Positions 57,094 through 64,000 of a stretch of DNA of 64,000 bases are shown here, one piece after another. A program made the translations under genes and the position numbers. A model generated the notes under the pieces. The model saw only the letters and a program-made list of their open reading frames with translations, was not told the origin of the DNA and searched no databases. Origin of the DNA: the human T2T-CHM13v2.0 reference genome, Homo sapiens; assembly GCF_009914755.1 (NCBI RefSeq), contig NC_060936.1, one strand, 5' to 3'. Numbering within the stretch: the stretch's first letter is position 1; every line of letters begins with the position of its first letter.

Positions 57094-57116
57094 AAAAAAA
57101 AAAAAAAAAAAAAAAA
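57094..57116. repeat. Poly(A) tract, about 22 nt
   Basis: Seen directly. Confidence 0.9.
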
Positions 57117-58771
57117 GTAAAAGCTTTTTTTATATTTCTAACTTGATGATTTCTGGGGTTTAGATCATACATGTCCTTCTAATTGGGCTAAATAACATAT
57201 TATCCCATCAATATTCAACGCAGTCTTAAATTCCAGTGTGTTGTTGGTAAGAATAATGTAACAGTGGTCTGCAGGAGGTAAGATTTTGCAAGCTCCTGTG
57301 GTGCAAGCAATTTCAAAAGCAAGTAAAACCAAATAACTAATGCAAACAACTTGGTAATAATATTTATTGTCATTTATTTTAAAACAAAGAAGGAAGATAC
57401 TATGAATAGTTTTATTTTTTCTAATGCTAAGCGTTAAGTCCTAGATGTAGGAAGAAAATATGATTCTATCATGAACAATAAAACAAACTGTGCAAATTCT
57501 GGACTACAACTAGAATAATGGTATCTCCCCACTATCAGCCTATGGCTGGACATGCAATTTCAAATGTTCCCGGAGTATTACAACTTTCTTCCCCTCAGAA
57601 AGTCCCAAGACTTGGTTTCTTGTTAAAATTCCATACCTGCATGCTTTATATTTCTTATGCTTCACCTGTTATGTCACCCTCACTCTTGATAGAAACTTAT
57701 TTGGATAATGTCTGGAAGCAAAGAGTGCCCCCCTGAAGAAGGTTAGGGATGGAGGCACTCTGTCAATACCTGACAGGTGTAAATTTTTTAATGTATGAGT
57801 AGTATATGAAAATACAAATCACCCCAGAGAGCCAGCCTAAAGCAGACTGAAAAGCTGTCATAAGCAATTTTCAAAAAGCATGAGTTATTTGATTCCCTTC
57901 CAGGGAGGAACAACTCCATAGGCATAAATTTATGAATGGTACTTGACAATCTTAACAAGTCCTGCTCTCTCCAAGCTCACCGTATAACCAACACATGACA
58001 AGGTGGACTTTCTGGTCACCCAGAATCTGTGGCCAAGAGAGAATTGACATGATAACTGAGAAGAGCTTGAGCCACCTTACTTACTGAGGCTCGTGTCAAG
58101 GAACAGATTAAATAATCTCACAATCAGGAACATTTTGAAATGATTATTTTTGGACCCACTTCTAACCGACCAATTTCTTGGATGTCATAATATGAGGGAA
58201 AATGGAGTCTTTGAGATGTACTCCTCCCCCAATCACTAGTTTATATCCTTTAGCACTGTAAATTTCTTTTTTCCTTTTTGGCCCCAGGTTCATTGAAAAA
58301 TCTTTACTAACTGAATAGCCTTCTCTCTGGTGTGAGAAAGCTGACTTTAGCGAAGAAGTGCATGATTGGTGAGTCAGTTCTAATTGAATAAGTGTCATAG
58401 TCAAAAATCAACAAGTGATGAAGACGAGGAAGCCCTGGAGTGGTGTTTGTTTCAAATCCTATTAAATCTTTCTTAGTAGCACAGGACTTTAAGGAGAATA
58501 TGTAAAATTGAAAAAGACAAGAGGTTACGGGATAGCTTTATGCTATAGATGTTATATTCACTAAAATGGAGAAACTTGTCTTTTGTAGTTCTTAACAAAA
58601 TTAGGTCACATAAAATGTACTGATATCAGAATTCTTGTGAATTCAACACTTAGAGGTGAATTAAAGTATGAATCTGTCCTAAAGGCTTTGCTGTGATAGA
58701 AGAATAAAATAAAGGCTTTGGTTCCTGCTATTCAAGATTCCCCAATGGCTTCCACTGGTGTTCCTCTAGGA

Positions 58772-59047
58772 CAATGATTCTTATGTTTCTTTGATCATGA
58801 CCCCAGAGAAAGAAGAACTTATTCACTGGGACTCAGTGTACATACAAACACACACACACATCAGAAATAAATATTATTTTTAAAAGACCTACTCCTATCT
58901 CATGTGATTCACTTCAATACTTTCTATTCTGTAATATATATGTATATTATATTCTGTTTCAATATTTCATTTAAAAGTCTGGCTGTATTTCACTAACTTG
59001 ATGTCTTAGCTTGCCAATGGTTCACAACTGCTGATTGCAATGCATTG
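58772..59047 (-). mobile_element. Charlie4-like hAT remnant
   Basis: CAATG...CATTG ends; 8-bp TSD-like CTCTAGGA / CACTAGAA; internal (CA)n. Confidence 0.5.
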
Positions 59048-60124
59048 CACTAGAAGGCTCCATATTACCAGAGTATGATATGTGTATTCTTTTCAGTGGA
59101 CTTGTGTTCACACCATTATTCCTTTCAGAATGTCCTCCCCTTACTTACATCCTAGTTATGCCAGAAGTTATTAATAAAGTGAGCTATCACCTATTGAATC
59201 CTATTGGAAATAGTTGGTATTATTTTATATTTGGGGTATGTAGGAGCACTGCAAACCTCTTCTTCACCAGCCGTCTCTTCCATCAAGATTCCTAATGAAA
59301 CTACATGTACAGTAGAAAATGGCTGCCAAGAAACATTTTATTATTAGCTGTCTTTTGAACACCAAACCACAAGGCAAAGTAGCCCAGATAGTGGAGGAAA
59401 ATATTCTAAGTTTATAATTAGCCTTGAGACAAGAATCAAAGCAATGCTCTTAGCCACTGCATTCTACTACCATATGCTATATTTATTTATTCAAATGTGT
59501 TATTCATTCAGGAAGATTTATTGGGTACCTGTTGTGCCCCAGGCATTATGGGTTAAGCATGATAACACTGTATAAGTGTTCTCACTATCACCAGTGCCTA
59601 TGGAATGAAAAGATTTTCTATTCCACTAAATTCTTCAATTCCTTTCTTTGTTTCCTTCATTGAGTGCTGATTTCAATTTATAGGATTTACTATGCAGTGA
59701 GTATTTAGAAGTAGTACTTTTTCCTCTTTTTAAATCATGCAGTAGTTTTATATACACTTAGCACAAGCATTTGTTATATAACAATAATTTTCCTTTTCAT
59801 CACTATAATTAGTCTGAGGCTAATAAATATTTGCTGGGTAAATGCACGAACATATTAGATTTATTTAAAAGGTTTGCATTGTTGCCGTGGCTGTGTGTAG
59901 CTGCTGTGCAACCCAATTAGTTGTAGCAAGTACATATTTAAAAAACTGAATGGTAGGATGCTGATGCCTCACTCATATATATATGGCTTTGTATGACTTC
60001 TTAGGGTCTTATGAGCTCAGGAAAGATCTAGAAACCCTTCTAAAATAAAAAAAAAAATGTAGCTTTTCTTATTATGCATTGCTGTGTAAAGAATGCTTTT
60101 CCTAGAATTAAAATGGTAACTGTT

Positions 60125-60960
60125 CTAGATATCTATTATTGTATAACAGGTTCTCAACAACAATTTAAAACAACAACTATTTTATTATGTCTCATGATTT
60201 TGTGGGCTAAGAATTTATGCAAGGCTTGCAGAGTGATTATTTTCTCTATGTAGGGCTGACTGAGATTACTTAATGATATTTGGTTGGAAGGTGAGCTAAT
60301 CTGGAGGACCCAAGACCACTTCACTGCCATGCTTGGTGCCTTAGCAGGAGGCACATGCCTGGGACCTTGTCGGGATGGTTGTGCAGCTGGGCTCAACTGG
60401 AACTGATAACCAGAACACCTGGTTGTTAGGTAGGCAGGTACAGGTAGCGTCTCTGCAATGACAATTATAGAGTAGAGGAATATCTTACATGGCAGATCAG
60501 AACATGTCTTAGTCAATTTGAGCCACTATATAGCAAAATATCTTAGATTGAATGCCTTATAAATGGAAATGTATTTCTCTTGTTCAGAGGCTAGATGTCT
60601 GAGATCAGAGTGCAAACATGATCAGATTAAGTGAGGGCCTTGTTCTGGGTTGCAGACAGCTGTCTTCTCATTGCATCCTCACATGGTGGAAATATGGTGA
60701 GAGGGCTCTCTGGGGTTCCTATTATAAGGGCCCTAATCCCATTCATCAGGGATTCTCCATCATGACCTAATTATCTACCAAAGCCCTGACTTCCCATCCA
60801 ATCTCAATGGGGGTTAGGATTTCAGTATATGAATCTTGGGAGGATACTTATATTCGGTCTATTGCAGGACACTCCCAAAGATGCTATTCCAAGAGTGACA
60901 GCCTTCTAAGAGATACAGGTAAAATCTGTAAGGCTTTGTATGATAGCAGAATCTACAAAA
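60125..60960 (-). mobile_element. MLT1H-like LTR, interrupted by MLT1A
   Basis: TTAAAACAACAACTATTTTATTATGTCTCATGATTTTGTGGG...CTGGAGGACCCAAGA...; resumes after 60866. Confidence 0.65.
60505..60866 (-). mobile_element. MLT1A-like solo LTR
   Basis: TGTCTTAGTC...ATTCGGTCTATTGCA; TSD GAACA / GGACA. Confidence 0.82.
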
Positions 60961-61315
60961 TATACCTTCTAATTACAGTGCATTAAGTTTCAATTATTGC
61001 ATAACAAATTGCTCCAAAAGGTAGCAGCTTAAAACACAAACATTGTTATCTCATGTTTCTGTGGGTCAGGAATCCAGCAACATCTTAGCTGGCTCGGGGT
61101 CACTCATGAGATTGACCAAGCTATTGGCCAAGGCTGCAATCGCATCTGAAGATTCTACTGGGGAGATTTTGCTTCCACAGTCACTCATGTGGTTGTTAGA
61201 GGTCTTAGTTCCTCACTAACTGTTGACCAGAGACTTCAGTTCCTTGCCATGCATGCACCATCATAGATTTTCTGAGTGTACTCATAACATGGAAGCCGGC
61301 TTCTCTTAGAGTAAA

Positions 61316-61390
61316 TGAGAGAGAGAGAGAGAGAGTGAGTGAATGAGAAATGAGAGAGAGAGAGAAAGAGAGGGCGAGAGAGAGAGAGAG
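61316..61390. repeat. Imperfect (GA)n
   Basis: Seen directly, inside the LTR. Confidence 0.9.
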
Positions 61391-62934
61391 CCAAACCAGA
61401 AGCCACAGTCTTTTTATAACCTAATTTGAGAGTGGCACACCATCGCTTCTGCTATTTTTTTATTCATTAGAAGTGAATGTCCATACTACAAGCAAGAAAA
61501 GGCAAATTAAGCTCTACCTCTTGAAGGAAAAAGTATGAAATAATTTTTTAAACCACTGCAGTTCACTTTCTTATCACAAATTATTTATATTGCTCCCACT
61601 ATGCTAAATACACCCACCCCTGTCCAGGCTCCCAAAAGTCTCATTTCATTATAGTATCAACTCTAAATCCAGAACTTCATCATCCATATCAAGTCTAGGT
61701 GTGGATGAGTCTCTTCTGCTATAGATCCTTAAATACATCCTCTTGAGTATAGCCCCTCTTAATATGTAAACCTGTGAAACTAAAAAGCAAAGTATCTGCT
61801 CCCCACACTCCCCAAATACAACAGTATGACAGGTATATTGTAATTGATATAGACATTCCTGTTTAAAAATGGGAGAAATGGGAGACATAAAGGAGTCACT
61901 GGTCCATAGCAATTCTGAAATTATTTGATTGGGTCTCAGAGTCTGGGAATGATTTTTTCATGGACCTTGGCTTCATCTTCTGGGCTTGAAATCAACCTCT
62001 GTTTTTCATGAAAGTTTGCACATGTTTACCGCTGAGTCATTTTCTTTGCTGCTTCCAGTGAGTTGAATTTTGGAAGTCCAAAAGTCATATTTCATTTTGT
62101 GTTATCTTTGCTTTTTTCAGTATAAGCTAATAATGTGTATACATTTATAATTCTTTTAAAATTTGGGTCTTTAGTGACTTATTGGTATCCACTCCATTTT
62201 ACAAAAGTCACACTCAAAACTATCTTCAAAGTATACCTATCTTTACCTTAGGCTTCAGCTGAGGAACAACACTTTAAATTTTTCTAGAAGTTTTATTGTT
62301 TATTTGGAAGACTGGACACACATTGATTTCATTAGAAGCCTTTTGTTTAGCTGAATAGTATATTAGGACACTACCTTAGATTTTTCTGAGATCTTAATTA
62401 AAAATTTTATAGGAATGCCCTTTACTTTATCTTTGAACCAAGTTTTCTTGGTAGTACCCTATGTTTAATATTTTCTCAGAAGGCATTTTTTTAATTTTTT
62501 CATCATGTACCCCACAAAAAGAGTAAGAATTTTCAAAACCATCAACTTTCACCTCTGTTTGTTTACCAGTCATTCCTCCAGTTCATCTTTATTCTGCTGC
62601 ATTTTACTATAAACAGCAAAAAGAACCCAGAAAGCGACTTTGATGATTTGCTTGGAAATGACCTTAATTAGGTCATCACATTTTACTAGCCAATTTATTA
62701 ATTTTCATGTTACTGCAGGTAAAGGGGCTGTGAACGTTTTCTGCCACTTCATAATAAGGATTATTTTTCCTCTAGTTTCCAATGATATTTACCTTACTTT
62801 CCTGAAAATTCTCCTCTGCAGTCCTATCAAAGACCATAAGACAGTTTCTTCAAGGCATGCTGGCCGCTTACTAACACTCTCCCAAAAGTCCACTGCCTGA
62901 TTCAAAAGCTACTACTGCATTTTAGTGTTTGCTA

Positions 62935-62967
62935 TTGTTGTTGTTGTTGTTGTTGTTGTTATTGTTA
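62935..62967. repeat. (TTG)n microsatellite
   Basis: Seen directly. Confidence 0.92.
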
Positions 62968-64000
62968 TGGCAGCACACAATTTCCGGATATCAAAATCAG
63001 TATTGGTCTTTCTATTATTGTGTAGCAAATTACCCAAAATTGTAGCAGCTAAAAACAAACATTATTAGCTCACAATTTATGTGAGTCAAGAATTCAGGAG
63101 CAACAAAACTGGCTGTTTCAGGCTCAACGTCTCTTGTGAGGTTTTGATCAAGGCGTTGGCTGGGGCTGCAGTGTCATCAGAAAGCTGAACTGAGGGAAGA
63201 TCCACTTCCAAGATCCACTTCCAATCACATTTGTGATTAAACTACATAGTTCTTTATATCCATGGCTGTTTTCATTGTCTATTTGTATTATATTCTTTAA
63301 CTAGAAGATCTAATGTAAAGACTTTTTGATTTCTTCATATTGCTGAAGAATCATATTGAAAAGTATTTTTGAAGCAAAGTGATTTCTTCATATTTTTGAG
63401 ACATATTTGGAGAAAATGATAAAAGATTAAGTGTGTGCACAGTGAGAATGTCGGGTATTCAAGAGTGAATTTTAAAGTCACTCTTATTAGCTGTTACTTT
63501 ATGATGAACCATTAGCTAAAAATCATTTTAGTGTAATGTAAAAAAAAATTCCCAAATACAGTTTTTATAATACTTAGTTGTTATTCTCTTGCCCATAAAA
63601 TACATTTTTAAGTGGTGTGTCTAGTTTGGTGGATATATTCTACTTGTAAGCAATAAATGCTTAATTGTTTTAAAGATAACTCTATTTCTAAATTCTTTAA
63701 ATTCTAAACTGTTACTTGATTTGTTAAATGAATGACACTGTGTTAAAATAAAACACTAATAAAATACTGGAATTACTTCATTGACCTCTCTCTCCCTTCA
63801 TGCTACATGCAGTTGTGATTTCTAAGGATGTGTTTAGCTTTGTACTCTAGTAGATTTCTGTCTTATTTTCAATCCAAAAATAGGCACAACAAAGGATTCT
63901 TGCTTTGCCCTGTGCTTGTAAATGACTGGCAAAACTAGTATGTCTTTTGAAAGCAATTCCTACTATTATAACAAGCTGGAATAAAAATGGCCAATCAGTA

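Larger units (their letters stand above)
60979..63230 (-). mobile_element. MLT1F-like MaLR element: LTR (60979-61560), internal region (61561-62998), truncated second LTR (62999-63230)
   Basis: Two similar LTR ends (TATTGCATAACAAATTGCTCCAAAAGGTAGCAGCTTAAAACACAAACATT vs TATTGTGTAGCAAATTACCCAAAATTGTAGCAGCTAAAAACAAACATT); MaLR-int phrases (ATAGACATTCCTGTTTAAAAATGGGAGAAAT; GATTTTGATATC start on minus strand). Confidence 0.82.

Noticed and set aside
59036-59049. 14-bp palindrome TGCAATGCATTGCA
   Set aside because: Straddles the end of a hAT remnant; likely chance

Overview
This is AT-rich, CpG-depleted primate (human-like) non-coding genomic DNA, either intergenic or deep intronic. I find no credible protein-coding gene, RNA gene or prokaryote-type system: the ORF track consists of decayed L1 ORF2 pieces, antisense Alu readings and chance ORFs. 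Much of the window is transposable-element derived. It contains a triple-nested L1 cluster (4995-10452), a near full-length antisense L1MA (42150-48930), an L1PA inside L2, several Alu/FLAM copies with recognisable TSDs, solo LTRs (LTR8, MSTA/THE1D-like, THE1, MER11 nested in an ERVL-type LTR, MLT1F), a nested MaLR cluster with a two-LTR MLT1F element, and hAT fossils. The most unusual observations are: (i) an ~80-bp copy of local unique DNA inserted into the L1MA, 3.7 kb from its template, with a junction micro-duplication; (ii) an L1PB insertion with inversion, multi-kb internal loss and target-site deletion; (iii) a split 15-bp E-box-containing minisatellite; and (iv) several motif-dense unique segments that may be enhancers. 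Repeat subfamily names are recognised from memory of consensus sequences and need RepeatMasker/Dfam confirmation. I see no evidence for a major undescribed biological system.
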